Positions 1 to 9,783 are shown, numbered from the stretch's first letter. The stretch: DNA of 64,000 nt from Desulfarculaceae bacterium (GCA_021737145.1 JAIPEN010000008.1:123585-187584), one strand, 5' to 3'. Program-made: numbers and translations. The notes: generated by a model not told the origin, from the sequence alone.

Positions 1-1
1 G

Positions 2-1252
2 GGCTATCGCCTGGGAATCCCCGGCGAGGCCGAGAACACCCCGGTGCACGACGCCATCACCTTCCTCCGGGAGGTTTCCCTGGGCACCCAGGGCGCTCCG
101 GCCGGCAAGGTGGTGGTGGTGGGCGGCGGCAACGCGGCCATGGACGCGGCCCGCACCTGCCGCCGCCTGGGCTGCGAGGTGACCATCAGCTACCGCCGCA
201 CCCGCGGCGAGATGCCGGCCCACGACGAGGAGATCGACGACGCCCTGGCCGAGGGCATCGACATCGCCTTCCTCACCATGCCCCTGGAGGTGATGGGCAC
301 CGGCGGCAAGGTGACCGGCCTCAAGTGCCTGCGGGCCGAGCTGGGACCGGCCGACATCACCGGCCGCCGCCGCCCCCAGCCGGTGGAGGGCAGCGAGTTC
401 GTCATGGAGGCCGGGGCCATAATCGCGGCCATCAGCCAGCGGCCCGACCTGGCCTGCCTGGGCCCCTGGGCCCAGGACGAAAACCTGTGCGCCAAGACGG
501 TCAACGCCGATCCCCTGAGCGGCCAGACCTCCCTGGGCTGGCTCTATGCCGGGGGCGACGACGTGACCGGCCCGGCCACGGTGGTGGAGGCGGTGGCCGC
601 GGGCAAGCGGGCCGCCCTGGCCATGGGCGCCCAGTTCGAGGGCAAGACCCTGGACCCGGCCCTGCTCTACCCCACCCCCCGGGCCACGGTGGAGCCCATG
701 CTGGTGGAGGCCGAGGAAAAGGCGGCCCTCAAGCGGCCGGCCATACCCATGCTGCCCCCCGCCGAGCGGGCCGACAGCTTTGTGCAGGCCGAGCTGGGGC
801 TCACCGACGAGATGGCCCTGAGCGAGGCCCGGCGCTGCCTGCGCTGCGACGTGTGCATCGGCTGCGGCCTGTGCCAGACCGCCTGCGCCGAGATGGGGGT
901 GGGCGCCCTGCAGATCCGCGAGACCCCGGCCAACCGGGGGGCGCTGATCGACTTTCACCGGGCGGCCGACCGCTGCATCGGCTGCGGGGCCTGCGCCGCC
1001 GCCTGTCCCACCGGGGCCATCAGGCTCATGGACCAGGCGGGCCTGCGCAAGACCACCCTGGCCGGCACGGTGCTCCGGGAGCTGCCCCTGCTTAACTGCG
1101 ACGCCTGCGGCAAGCCCTACGTGCCCCAGCTTTACCTGGACCGGGTGGCCAGCCGTTTGAGCCCACGGCAGAAACAGGGACGCTCCGAGGAAGTGATCTG
1201 TCCAGAATGCGCCCGCCGGCGCCAGGCCCGGAGCTTCGCCGGGCGCTTCTAA
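2..1252 (+). CDS. GltD/NfnB-like NAD(P)H-dependent FAD oxidoreductase fused to a 2x[4Fe-4S] ferredoxin domain (5' end outside window)
   Basis: Frame is open back to base 2. VVVGGGNAAMDAART dinucleotide-binding motif, YAGGD motif, two Cys clusters CIGCGLCQTAC and CIGCGACAAACP. Confidence 0.8.
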   Translation, partial: GYRLGIPGEAENTPVHDAITFLREVSLGTQGAPAGKVVVVGGGNAAMDAARTCRRLGCEVTISYRRTRGEMPAHDEEIDDALAEGIDIAFLTMPLEVMGTGGKVTGLKCLRAELGPADITGRRRPQPVEGSEFVMEAGAIIAAISQRPDLACLGPWAQDENLCAKTVNADPLSGQTSLGWLYAGGDDVTGPATVVEAVAAGKRAALAMGAQFEGKTLDPALLYPTPRATVEPMLVEAEEKAALKRPAIPMLPPAERADSFVQAELGLTDEMALSEARRCLRCDVCIGCGLCQTACAEMGVGALQIRETPANRGALIDFHRAADRCIGCGACAAACPTGAIRLMDQAGLRKTTLAGTVLRELPLLNCDACGKPYVPQLYLDRVASRLSPRQKQGRSEEVICPECARRRQARSFAGRF

Positions 1253-1313
1253 CCCGGCTTGCCAAATTCCGGCCCGGCTGGTTAGGCTGGCCTCAGAGCG
1301 AAGGGAGGCGCCC

Positions 1314-1781
1314 ATGGCCCACACGACCATCGGCCGATTCATGGAGTTCCGCCCGTCCTGGCAGTCCTTCGGGGTGTGGTACTTCGGCATCTTCCTGTTT
1401 TTGGTGGGGCCCCTGGTAAATCCGGACACCTTCATCTCCGAGGCGGCGGGGCAGCTCATCGCCTCCCTGCTGGCCGCCTACGTGATTGTCACCCGCTTCA
1501 CCCGCATCTACCGGGTGAGCCAGGACACGGTGGAGGTGGAGAGGAGCTTCCCCTCCCACCTCAAGCAGACCGCGCCCATCGTGAACATCACCCGGGTGGA
1601 CCTGAGAAGGGGCATCGCCCAGCGGGTGATGAACGTGGCCCACGTGCACCTGCACGTAAAGAGCCCGGAGGGCGAGCAGGTGCTGCGCCTGAGCGGGGTG
1701 CCTTCGCCGGACCGCTTCCGGCGGGTGCTGTTGGACCGGGGGGCCGGCGACGAGCGGGTCTATGGGGCCTTCCGCTCCTGA
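1314..1781 (+). CDS. membrane protein with bacterial PH-like (YdbS/YdbT-type) domain
   Basis: ATG preceded by AGGGAGG (1302-1308). Two N-terminal hydrophobic helices, then a ~90-aa soluble domain. Family call rests on recollection of this architecture only. Confidence 0.5.
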   Translation: MAHTTIGRFMEFRPSWQSFGVWYFGIFLFLVGPLVNPDTFISEAAGQLIASLLAAYVIVTRFTRIYRVSQDTVEVERSFPSHLKQTAPIVNITRVDLRRGIAQRVMNVAHVHLHVKSPEGEQVLRLSGVPSPDRFRRVLLDRGAGDERVYGAFRS

Positions 1782-2306
1782 GCCCGCATATTTCATGGGG
1801 GCTGGGCGGCACAAGCAATTAATCGGCGCGCAGGGAGCCTTGTGAGCAAAGCACCAGGGTTGCCGGGGGATGACTTGCCCCACCGTATGCCGTTGGCCGG
1901 CGCGGCCGGACGCCCGGCGCGGGTGGGATATGGGGGCTAGCGCTTGGCGGGCGGCGCGGGTGCGGTTTTTGGAAAGCGGCCGCTCTTGCCAGACCCCGCT
2001 GGCCCTGGACCTGGGCCGGGGATGGCTCGCGGTGAGCATCCTGGGCGAGGAGCTGGTGACCGGGGTGGAGCCGGCCGCGCCGGTCCGGCGGCGCTGGCGC
2101 CTGGTTGATGAAGCGGGCGGGCTGCACCTGCTGGCCCCGGACCCCGAGGGCGGCTGGCGGGTGAGACCCTGGGGCGCGGGGGCCGCAAAGGTTTGACAGC
2201 CGGGCGTGGCGCGTGCTACCTAGGAATAAGCGGTTGCCGCCTCCGGGCGGGAGCGGGCCGCTACCCAAGCATAAGAATTCAATATCCCCTAAGTGAGGAG
2301 ATAATC

Positions 2307-2624
2307 ATGGTGGCCTTGGTCGGTGGATTAATAGCTCTGCTGTTGGGAATCATCGGCATCTTCGCCTGGTGGGACGAGTTCCTGTGGCTGCTCAAGGGCG
2401 TGATCCCGCCCATCCTGATCCTGGGCGGCGTGCTGGCCGCCTATCTGGGCGCCGAGGAGATGAAGGACAAGCGCCGCGCCGAGAGCGAGCCGGTGATGGA
2501 GCCCTTCACCCCCGCGGACGGCGGCGGCGACGACGATGCCGAGCGCTATAAGCAAGAGGTGGCCGAGCTCAAGGCCAAGCTGGCCGCCATGGAGGAGTCG
2601 GGCGAGGAGAAGCCCCAGGAGTAG
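2307..2624 (+). CDS. small membrane protein with acidic coiled-coil tail
   Basis: ATG 2307 with GAGGAG 6 nt upstream, so the track start at 2193 is unlikely. Two hydrophobic helices. A hairpin terminator follows. Confidence 0.6.
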   Translation: MVALVGGLIALLLGIIGIFAWWDEFLWLLKGVIPPILILGGVLAAYLGAEEMKDKRRAESEPVMEPFTPADGGGDDDAERYKQEVAELKAKLAAMEESGEEKPQE

Positions 2625-2653
2625 GCTCCTCTCCCTTCCGGCAAACGATTAGA

Positions 2654-2685
2654 TAGGGACGCGCCTTTGGTGCGTCCCTATTTTT
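2654..2685 (+). terminator. rho-independent terminator (perfect 9-bp stem TAGGGACGC/GCGTCCCTA followed by TTTTT)
   Basis: Read directly from the sequence. It also overlaps the stop of the convergent hydrolase gene, so it may act in both directions. Confidence 0.6.
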
Positions 2686-3685
2686 GCGCCCGCGCCGCCC
2701 GCCACTCCCAGTCGGCCACCCCGTTCACCGCTTTTTTGAGGGCCGGGCCTTGCAACCAGGCCCGCGCCGCCGGCTCCCCGCGCACATAGGCGTCCGCAAA
2801 GGCCGAGACGGCCATGAGGATGAGCTGGTGATAGCGGGCCTCGTCGGCCGGGCGGTCCGGCCCCACGGAGCGCCCCAGGGGGGTGCGGTGGTCGCCCTGG
2901 CGCAGCCACAGCAAATATTGGTCGGCCCGGCGGATGTGGTCAAAGGGCACCCGCCGCCGCGCGGCCGGGGTGGTGCCCAGGCGGGCCTCGTCTTGCCCGC
3001 CGCTGATGTGCAGGCCGGGCAGGGCGATGGGGCCGTACATGACTTTGGGGTCGGCCTCGGCGGGCACCGGCGGGCTCAGGGCGACGAAGGCCCTGAACAG
3101 GGGCTCGCGCAGCATGCCACCCCCCCCGAAGTCCTGCCCCGCCGCGATGAGCGCGCTCAAGGCCCCCATGGAGTGCCCGGCCACCCCGGCGCGGGCCAGG
3201 TCCAGGCGGCCTTGCCAGGGGCCGGGGCCACGGTTGAGCACGGCCAAGCGGTTCAGGGCGAAGGAGAGGTCCCCGGCCCGCAGGCGGTAGTTCTCCGGGT
3301 CGCGGCCCGCCTGCCACAGGGCCCAGAAGGTGCTGAACAGGTTGTTTCCTCCCACATCGCCGTCGCTGCCCGCGTGTTGCAGGGTGATCGCCGCATAGCC
3401 GTGGCCGGCCAGATGGCGGGCGATGTAGGTCATGGCCTCGCGGTTGTCCCCCAGGCCGTGGGAAAAGAGCATCACCGGCCAGGGGCCGGGCGCGCCGTCC
3501 GGGCGGTAGAGCTTCACCGGCACGCCGCGCCGCCGGGCCTGGTCTTGCCATTTTTCGTGGCTTTGGATCACCGGCCAGGGACCGGGCTGGGGCGGGTCCA
3601 GGGGCGGGCTCCAGGCCCGGGCCGGAAGCGGGGCCAGGAGCAGGAGCAGCAGAAGCGAAGCAACGAGTCGGAGGCGGGGTTTCAT
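2678..3685 (-). CDS. secreted alpha/beta hydrolase (PAF-acetylhydrolase/dienelactone hydrolase-like)
   Basis: Signal peptide MKPRLRLVASLLLLLLLAPLPARA. GHSMG nucleophile elbow. 335 aa. Confidence 0.75.
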   Translation of the reverse strand: MKPRLRLVASLLLLLLLAPLPARAWSPPLDPPQPGPWPVIQSHEKWQDQARRRGVPVKLYRPDGAPGPWPVMLFSHGLGDNREAMTYIARHLAGHGYAAITLQHAGSDGDVGGNNLFSTFWALWQAGRDPENYRLRAGDLSFALNRLAVLNRGPGPWQGRLDLARAGVAGHSMGALSALIAAGQDFGGGGMLREPLFRAFVALSPPVPAEADPKVMYGPIALPGLHISGGQDEARLGTTPAARRRVPFDHIRRADQYLLWLRQGDHRTPLGRSVGPDRPADEARYHQLILMAVSAFADAYVRGEPAARAWLQGPALKKAVNGVADWEWRAARAQK

Positions 3686-3702
3686 GAGCCCAGTTTAGCA
3701 GC

Positions 3703-3732
3703 AAAAAGGGGCGGCCCAAAGCGGGCCGCCCC
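3703..3732 (-). terminator. rho-independent terminator downstream of TRAP permease
   Basis: GGGGCGGCCC-aaagc-GGGCCGCCCC stem. It is followed by a T-run on the minus strand (A-run 3703-3707 on plus). Confidence 0.6.
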
Positions 3733-3751
3733 TGGTTTTCGAGTCAGGCGC

Positions 3752-5926
3752 TCAGGCCGGGGCCGGAGCGGGCCCCGCCGGACGCCACACCTTTTGCATG
3801 ACCCCCACCAGCACCAACAGGCCGAAGCCCAGCGAGTCCACCACCCAGGCGGGAATGACCCCGCCGCCGGGCAGCACGATGTCCGGCCAGAACAGCAGGC
3901 CCGCCGCCAAGACCAGTATCGCCGTCTCCGGCACGGTGGCCTTGCGGAACAAATAGCGGTCCAGGGCGGCGGCAAAGGCCACCAGGCCGCACAGGGTGGT
4001 GATCCAGGTGAAGATCACCGGCCAGTGCATGAGCTCGTAGTCCTTGCCGTTGGCGATGCCCAGCATGGGGCGGTAGGCCATGATGATGGGGATGATGTAG
4101 AGCCCCTTGGCCAGCTTCCACGAGGTGAAGGCGGTCTGCATGGGGTTGGCCCCGGCCACCCCCGCCCCGGCAAAGGAGGCCAGGGACACCGGCGGGGTCA
4201 CGTTGGCGTCCTGGGAGTACCAGAACACGATCATGTGAGTGACCAGCAGCGGCACCCCCAGGTCCAGCAGGGCCGGGCCGGCCAAGGTGGCCAGCACGAT
4301 GTAGGAGGCGGTCACCGGCAGGCCCATGCCCAGCACCAGGGAGGCCGCCCCGATGAGCAGGATGGCCAGGGCCTCGATGCCGAAGGAAAGGTCCAGCACC
4401 AGGGAGGAGAACTTGAGCCCCATGCCGGTGAGGGTGACCATGCCCACGATGATGCCCGCCGCGGCGCAGGCCACCGAGACCATGACGGCGTTCTTGGCCC
4501 CGCGCTCCAGGCCGGTGACGATCATCATGCCCTCGGTCTTGGCCAGCTCCCCGGCGCTGATGCGCGTCTCGCTGATGTCCTTGACCACCCCCTTGTTCAC
4601 GGTCCAGCGCACGATGTTGGCCAGGATGCTGGCGGCCAGGGTGCTCAGCACGGCCACGAAGCCGGCCATCATGGGCGAGTAGTTGGCCATGAGCACGTAG
4701 ATGAGGATGCCCACCGGGATGATGAAGTGCAGGCCGCCCTTGATAACCTTCCAGGCCTTGGGCAGCTTGTCCTTGGGCTGGCCCATGATGCCCTGCTTCT
4801 GGGCCTCGAAGTGCACGAACAACAGCACCGTGAAGTAGTAGAGGATGGCCGGCACCAGGGCCACCTTGATGATGGTCAGGTAGCTGGTGTTGGTGAACTC
4901 GGCCATGAGGAAGGCCCCGGCCCCCATGATGGGGGGCATGAGCTGGCCGCCGGTGGAGGCGGCCGCCTCGATGGCCCCGGCCACATGGGGCCGGTAGCCC
5001 ACCCGTTTCATCATGGGGATGGTGAACGAGCCGGTGGCCACCACGTTGCCCACCGCCGAGCCGGACACCGAGCCCATGAAGCCCGATGCCAGCACCGAGG
5101 TCTTGGCCGGGCCGCCCGAGAAGCGGCCGGTGAGGGCGTAGGCCAGGTCGATGAAGAAGTTGCCCCCGCCGGTGACCTCCAAAAAGGCCCCGAAAAGCAC
5201 GAACACGAAGACAAAGGTGGCCGCCACCCCCAGGGGCAGGCCGAAGATGCCTTCGGTGGTCAGCCACAGGGTGGTGGCGATGCGCTCCACGCTGTAGGGC
5301 TTGTGCAGGAACATGTCGAGCAGGTAGGGCTCGTAGTAGATGCCGTATAGCCAATAGCCCACCGCGGCCAGGCCCACCAGCAGGGTGAGCCAGCTCTTGG
5401 GCGAGTTGCACAGGCGGGCGAAGAGCATGCAGCCCAATACCGCCAGGATCACGTCGCCCATGGTGTAGGCGTAGATGAGCGCGGCCAGGCATATGCCGGC
5501 CATGACCCCGCCGATGACCCGGCGGCAGGCCTCCAGGGTCAGGATGACTCCGGCCACGCTGATCCATACGTCGGCCTGGAGCCAGTCGCCCTGGCGGGCG
5601 AAAATCTCGTTGAGGTTGGAGCAGATGTACCAGACGCAGTAGACCGAAACCGCGACCAGCACCCAGTCCAGGATGTTCCAGAAATTCAGGCGGTCCTTGC
5701 GGGCCCAGGGTCCGATGGGACGCAGCAGGAAGGTAAGGCTGAGGATGGCTCCCAGGTGGAGCGAGCGCTGCACCAGGGCGGTGAGGGGACTGACCCCCGC
5801 GGTGTAGAGCTGGTAAAGGCTCAGGCACACCGCCAGAACCATGACCACTTTGGCCACCGCGTTGACCAGGGCCTTGTTGGGCCCCAATTCGCCCGCCGCG
5901 TCAGCGGCATTCACGGTTGTATTCAT
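3752..5926 (-). CDS. TRAP transporter fused permease (TAXI-type DctQ/DctM fusion)
   Basis: 724 aa and strongly hydrophobic, with many TM segments. Directly downstream of a DUF1850-like gene and a TAXI binding-protein gene in one operon. Confidence 0.85.
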   Translation of the reverse strand: MNTTVNAADAAGELGPNKALVNAVAKVVMVLAVCLSLYQLYTAGVSPLTALVQRSLHLGAILSLTFLLRPIGPWARKDRLNFWNILDWVLVAVSVYCVWYICSNLNEIFARQGDWLQADVWISVAGVILTLEACRRVIGGVMAGICLAALIYAYTMGDVILAVLGCMLFARLCNSPKSWLTLLVGLAAVGYWLYGIYYEPYLLDMFLHKPYSVERIATTLWLTTEGIFGLPLGVAATFVFVFVLFGAFLEVTGGGNFFIDLAYALTGRFSGGPAKTSVLASGFMGSVSGSAVGNVVATGSFTIPMMKRVGYRPHVAGAIEAAASTGGQLMPPIMGAGAFLMAEFTNTSYLTIIKVALVPAILYYFTVLLFVHFEAQKQGIMGQPKDKLPKAWKVIKGGLHFIIPVGILIYVLMANYSPMMAGFVAVLSTLAASILANIVRWTVNKGVVKDISETRISAGELAKTEGMMIVTGLERGAKNAVMVSVACAAAGIIVGMVTLTGMGLKFSSLVLDLSFGIEALAILLIGAASLVLGMGLPVTASYIVLATLAGPALLDLGVPLLVTHMIVFWYSQDANVTPPVSLASFAGAGVAGANPMQTAFTSWKLAKGLYIIPIIMAYRPMLGIANGKDYELMHWPVIFTWITTLCGLVAFAAALDRYLFRKATVPETAILVLAAGLLFWPDIVLPGGGVIPAWVVDSLGFGLLVLVGVMQKVWRPAGPAPAPA

Positions 5927-6478
5927 CTATGGCTCCCGCGTGTGGGGGGTGGCCTCCCTGGGAACCAGCCGGTGCCAGAGCCTGCTTAGCAGGCTCTCCG
6001 GCTGGGCCGAGAAGATCACCGCCTGGTGGGGGGCCACGGCGCTGAGGTTGCTTGCCGTGCCCCGCCACAAGATGGTGTGGTCCACTCCCGGGCTGCCCAC
6101 GCGAAGGACGAAGTCGCCCGTGGGCAGGTGCATGTCGGTAATGGCTTCGTAGGGGCCGCGCATGATCATGCGGCCCACCCCGGGCATCTTGCCCATGCCA
6201 GCCCCGTACTTGAGGTAGCGCTCTTCCTCGATGAAGATGCGTCCCCTGGAGTCCACGCTGTGCTCTTCCCAGATGGGGGCGTTTTCCACCGAGTGGTAGT
6301 AGTGGAGGGTGAAGCGCTCGCCGGGGTTCAAAGGCAGAACCAACAAGGGCGGACCACCCTTCACCGGAGTGATGCCGAGCACCACCCCGCCGGGCAACAG
6401 AAACAGGGCTGTTAAAATCAGGGCCAGCCCGGCCAGCCCGATGAGGGCTGGCCAGACCGGCCGGGGTTTTGGGTTCAT
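5927..6478 (-). CDS. DUF1850-like protein of TAXI-TRAP operons
   Basis: N-terminal TM/signal segment. Sits between the TAXI binding protein and the permease with abutting stop and start codons. Family call from recollection. Confidence 0.55.
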   Translation of the reverse strand: MNPKPRPVWPALIGLAGLALILTALFLLPGGVVLGITPVKGGPPLLVLPLNPGERFTLHYYHSVENAPIWEEHSVDSRGRIFIEEERYLKYGAGMGKMPGVGRMIMRGPYEAITDMHLPTGDFVLRVGSPGVDHTILWRGTASNLSAVAPHQAVIFSAQPESLLSRLWHRLVPREATPHTREP

Positions 6479-7444
6479 TTAGGGCTTCAGGATGTCGGGA
6501 ACCGTGATGCCACGCTCCTTCAGGGCCTTGATGGTGCCCGGGTGCAGCGGAATGGGGCTGTACTTGATCGCGTTCTCCGGGGTGGTGTAGGCCGCCGAGG
6601 GGTGGATCTTCATCAGGTAGTCCTTGTGATTCCACAGGGCGTTGACCAGCTTGTAGACCAGCTCGGTGTCCAGAGACTTCTGCACGATCATCACGTTCCA
6701 CACGCCGATGGTGGGAACCGGCTTGTCCACGCCGCGGTACACGCCGCCGCCCAGGTCCACGCCCATGTAGGTCTTCACCGCGCCGGTGATCTTCTTGATC
6801 TGCTCGGGGGTGAAGGCCAGGATGCGGATGTCGTGGGTGGTGGCCAGGTCCATGATGGAGCTGGTGCCCGGGCCCACCGACCAGACGCCCACCTGGATGG
6901 TGCCGTCGCGCAGGGCGTTGGCGGTCTCGGTGAAGCTCAGCCGCTTGTCGTCATAAGAGCCCTTGGCAATGCCCAGGGCCTTGAACACCGCCTCGGCCAT
7001 GAAGTTGGTGCCCGAGCCGGGGCTGCCGCTGGAGATGCTCTTGCCCTTCACCTGCTCGATGTTGGTGATCCCGCTTTTCTTGAGGGTGACCACCTGGAGC
7101 AGGTTGGGGTACATGATGGCCATGGACAGGATCCGGTGCTTCTTGCCCCGGAACTTGCTCAGGCCCTTGTAGCCGGCCAGGGCGACGCCGCCCATGACCT
7201 CGCCGATCACCGTCTCGCCCTTGTCGGCCAGCTTGACGTTTTCCACGCTGGCTCCGGTGACCTCGGCCACCGCCTTGACGCCCTTGACGTACTTGGACCA
7301 GACCTCGGCCACGCCGCCGCCGTAGGGATAGTAGATGCCGCCGGTGCCGCCGGTGCCGATGGAGATAAAGGTTATGCCCTGGGCCAGGCCCGCTCCCGTT
7401 AGGACCATTGCGGCGATAATGGCGATAATGCTAAAGCGTTTCAT
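6479..7444 (-). CDS. TAXI-family TRAP transporter solute-binding protein
   Basis: Signal peptide. The GTGGTGGIYYPYGG motif is typical of TAXI/immunogenic-protein binding proteins. GGGAGGA RBS. Confidence 0.85.
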   Translation of the reverse strand: MKRFSIIAIIAAMVLTGAGLAQGITFISIGTGGTGGIYYPYGGGVAEVWSKYVKGVKAVAEVTGASVENVKLADKGETVIGEVMGGVALAGYKGLSKFRGKKHRILSMAIMYPNLLQVVTLKKSGITNIEQVKGKSISSGSPGSGTNFMAEAVFKALGIAKGSYDDKRLSFTETANALRDGTIQVGVWSVGPGTSSIMDLATTHDIRILAFTPEQIKKITGAVKTYMGVDLGGGVYRGVDKPVPTIGVWNVMIVQKSLDTELVYKLVNALWNHKDYLMKIHPSAAYTTPENAIKYSPIPLHPGTIKALKERGITVPDILKP

Positions 7445-7468
7445 TGGGTTCCTCCCTGTAACCTTGGG

Positions 7469-7930
7469 CTACTTGCTCATGACCTTGACGATGAGGGTCA
7501 TACCCAGAGGGGTTTTTTCCTGACCCTTGAAGAAGTAGGTGAAGCTGGCGGTGGCGCCGGGCTTCACCAAGCCCTTCTTGGTCTTGCGCGGGATAAGCCC
7601 GCCCACGGCCTTGTCGTTGGCCAGGAAGATGTTCACCCGGTAGCGCTGGGGCTCTTTGGACACGTTCTTGAGCGAGACCTTCACCGCCAGGGACATAACA
7701 CCGTCGAAGTTCTTGTGCATGCAGGTGAGGCCCACCAGTTTGGCCTCGGGGGCGATGGCCCGCACCAGCTTGCCTTGGATGGCGCAGGGGCCCGGCTTGA
7801 CCGGAGCCGGCTTGGCCAACTCCTTTTTCAGCTTGGCGTCGGCCTTTTCCATGGTGGCGCAGCCGCCCAGGGCCAGGGCCAGGGCCGCCATGGCCATGAG
7901 CCCAAAGAGCATTACTTTGCTGATTCGCAT
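7469..7930 (-). CDS. lipoprotein of unknown function
   Basis: ATG at 7930 preceded by GGGAGGA. Lipobox LALGGC. The track start at 7960 is less likely. Confidence 0.6.
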   Translation of the reverse strand: MRISKVMLFGLMAMAALALALGGCATMEKADAKLKKELAKPAPVKPGPCAIQGKLVRAIAPEAKLVGLTCMHKNFDGVMSLAVKVSLKNVSKEPQRYRVNIFLANDKAVGGLIPRKTKKGLVKPGATASFTYFFKGQEKTPLGMTLIVKVMSK

Positions 7931-7979
7931 GCTTGTCCTCCCGTCCTTATTTAGAAACAACTGCCTGGTTCACAAAAAA

Positions 7980-8708
7980 CTAGCTGGCCTTGCGGCTGGC
8001 CTGGTCCTGGGCCACCTCCACCCCCATGCGGTGGTAGAGGTCGCGCAAGGTCTCCAAGTCGTCGATGGTCAGCTTGCGTGCCTGGTCGGCTTGGCCGGCC
8101 AGCAATGCCTGAAAGATTTGGTGGTGAAACCGGTGAACCGTTTGGCTCGTCCGGCGGTTCAGCTTGCCCCGCAGGCTGCTCACCAGGATGCTCAGCACGG
8201 TTTCGCACAACACGCTGAGCAAGGGGTTGCCGGCCAGGGCCACCAGGCGGCGGTGGAATTCCAAGTTGTTGTTTCTAAGCGCCCGGGAGTTGCGCAGGCT
8301 CTGTTCGGCCTGCTCCAGAATTTCGCGCAAGGGGCCCAGATCCTGGGGCCGGGAGCGTTCGGCGGCCAGGGCGGCGGCCGGAGGCTCCAGGATCAGACGC
8401 ATTTCAAACAGGTCGTTGAGGCTGATGTCGCCCCCGGCCAGGAGGTTTTCCAGGGAGGTGACCAGCGGCTTGTCCAGGTCGTGGCACACGAAGGTGCCGC
8501 CGCCGGCTCCTTTTTGCACCCTGAGGATGCCGGCCAGCTCCAGGGTGCGGATGGCCTCGCGGATGACCACCCGGCTGACCCCGAACTCCTCGGCCAGCTC
8601 CCGCTCGGGGGGGAGCTGCTGGTCCTGGACCAACTGGCCGGAGAACACCCGGGAACGAATGGCTTCGGCTACTTCCTCGTAGGCTTTTTTCCGCTTGCCG
8701 TTGTGCAA
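7980..8708 (-). CDS. GntR-family (FadR/FCD subfamily) transcriptional regulator
   Basis: TTG start at 8708 with AAGGAGG 6-7 nt upstream. Winged-helix segment LPPERELAEEFGVSRVVIREAIRTLE, plus a C-terminal helical FCD-like domain. Confidence 0.8.
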   Translation of the reverse strand: MHNGKRKKAYEEVAEAIRSRVFSGQLVQDQQLPPERELAEEFGVSRVVIREAIRTLELAGILRVQKGAGGGTFVCHDLDKPLVTSLENLLAGGDISLNDLFEMRLILEPPAAALAAERSRPQDLGPLREILEQAEQSLRNSRALRNNNLEFHRRLVALAGNPLLSVLCETVLSILVSSLRGKLNRRTSQTVHRFHHQIFQALLAGQADQARKLTIDDLETLRDLYHRMGVEVAQDQASRKAS

Positions 8709-8766
8709 AAAACCTCCTTGCCGGACCGCCGGGCCCGGCGCAGGGGCGAATTCTAGGTTTGGAACT

Positions 8767-8784
8767 TGGTCTAACCTTAGACCA
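8767..8784. promoter_or_regulatory. candidate GntR-family operator, perfect palindrome TGGTCTAA-cc-TTAGACCA
   Basis: 8-2-8 inverted repeat with the GT...AC core typical of GntR operators. Lies in the divergent intergenic region next to the gntR-type gene. Confidence 0.5.
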
Positions 8785-8863
8785 GGTTCATCTTGCCAAT
8801 CCCCTTCCGAACTTGTCAAGGGGGCTTCTTGACCCAAGGCCCGGCCGGGCCTATGCTTGCCCA

Positions 8864-9322
8864 ATGTCCACGCCCAACAGTCAAAGCGTCGCGCCGGGGC
8901 CGCCCTGGCGCCCGGCCCTGAGCCAGGGGATGAAGCGCGGCCGCAAGTTTTTGTGGTTTCTGCTGATCAACATTCTGCCCCTGTACGTGCTCAGCGAGAT
9001 GCTCACCGCCAGCGGGGCCCTGGCCTATGTCAGCGGCTTTCTGGCCCCGGTGATGAGCCTGTGGGGCCTGCCGCCCGAGGCGGCGGCGGTGCTGGTGGCG
9101 GGCATGCTGGTAAACCTCTACGCGGCGGCGGCGGTGGCCGCGCCCCTGGCCCTGAGTTGGCAGCAAGTCAGCGTGCTGGGCCTTATCCTGGGCATCGCCC
9201 ACAACCTGCTGGTGGAGGCGGTGGTGGTGCGCCAGCTAACTCCCCGCTACCACGCCCTGACCTGGCTGAGGGTGGTTCTGGGCCTGGCGGCGGGCTGGCT
9301 GTTGGCGTTGGTCATATGTTAA
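8864..9322 (+). CDS. nucleoside-recognition (Gate) domain membrane protein, part 1
   Basis: Hydrophobic protein resembling the FeoB-gate/SpmA-type domain. Start uncertain (ATG 8864 or 8930). TTGACC-17-TATGCT promoter-like motif at 8829-8857. Confidence 0.55.
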   Translation: MSTPNSQSVAPGPPWRPALSQGMKRGRKFLWFLLINILPLYVLSEMLTASGALAYVSGFLAPVMSLWGLPPEAAAVLVAGMLVNLYAAAAVAAPLALSWQQVSVLGLILGIAHNLLVEAVVVRQLTPRYHALTWLRVVLGLAAGWLLALVIC

Positions 9323-9771
9323 GCAAGCTATTGGGCATCATCCCCGGCGCGGCGGTTGACGGGCTGATTTTGTGCGCCGAGATCGCGGCGGTGGTGCTGC
9401 CACTTATAATAGGATACGAGATGGCCAAGGCCTACGGGGTGTTCGAGCGCCCCTGGCCCCGCCTGCGCCCCGCCCTGGCCCGCCTGGGCCTGGGCCCCGG
9501 CGCCCTGGTGCCCCTTTTGGCCGGGGTGTTTCTGGGCCTGTTGTACGGGGCGGGCATCCTGGTTTCGGCCAGCCGGGAGCAGGGCCTGGCCACGGGCGAG
9601 CGCCTGGCCCTGGCGGTGTTTCTGGTCACCTGCCACGCGGTGGTGGAGGACACGGCCATCTTCGTGCTGCTGGGAGGCAGCGCCTTTTGGATCCTGGGGC
9701 CGCGACTGGTGCTGGCCCTGGGCCTGACCGCCTGGCTGGCCCGGCGGGCCCGCCGCCATTCGGCAAACTGA
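9316..9771 (+). CDS. nucleoside-recognition (Gate) domain membrane protein, part 2
   Basis: ATG 9316 overlaps the upstream stop (ATGTTAA). Hydrophobic, SpmB-like. Confidence 0.55.
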   Translation: MLSKLLGIIPGAAVDGLILCAEIAAVVLPLIIGYEMAKAYGVFERPWPRLRPALARLGLGPGALVPLLAGVFLGLLYGAGILVSASREQGLATGERLALAVFLVTCHAVVEDTAIFVLLGGSAFWILGPRLVLALGLTAWLARRARRHSAN

Positions 9772-9783
9772 ACGGGAGTGAAC

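Noticed and set aside
1870-2196. 108-aa ORF in the 1782-2306 gap
   Set aside because: No RBS. The translation is Arg/Trp/Gly-rich and no family is recognised. It could be coding, but the sequence alone does not support it.
2684-5350. 888-aa plus-strand ORF (and similar giant ORFs at 15323-17098, 27355-29211, 48537-50264, 52850-53878)
   Set aside because: They run antisense to well-supported genes (hydrolase/TRAP permease, plsB-gpsA fusion, ald, etfAB, mltG). Their translations are low-complexity Gly/Arg/His/Ala/Pro strings. They are open only because stop codons are rare in GC-rich antisense frames.
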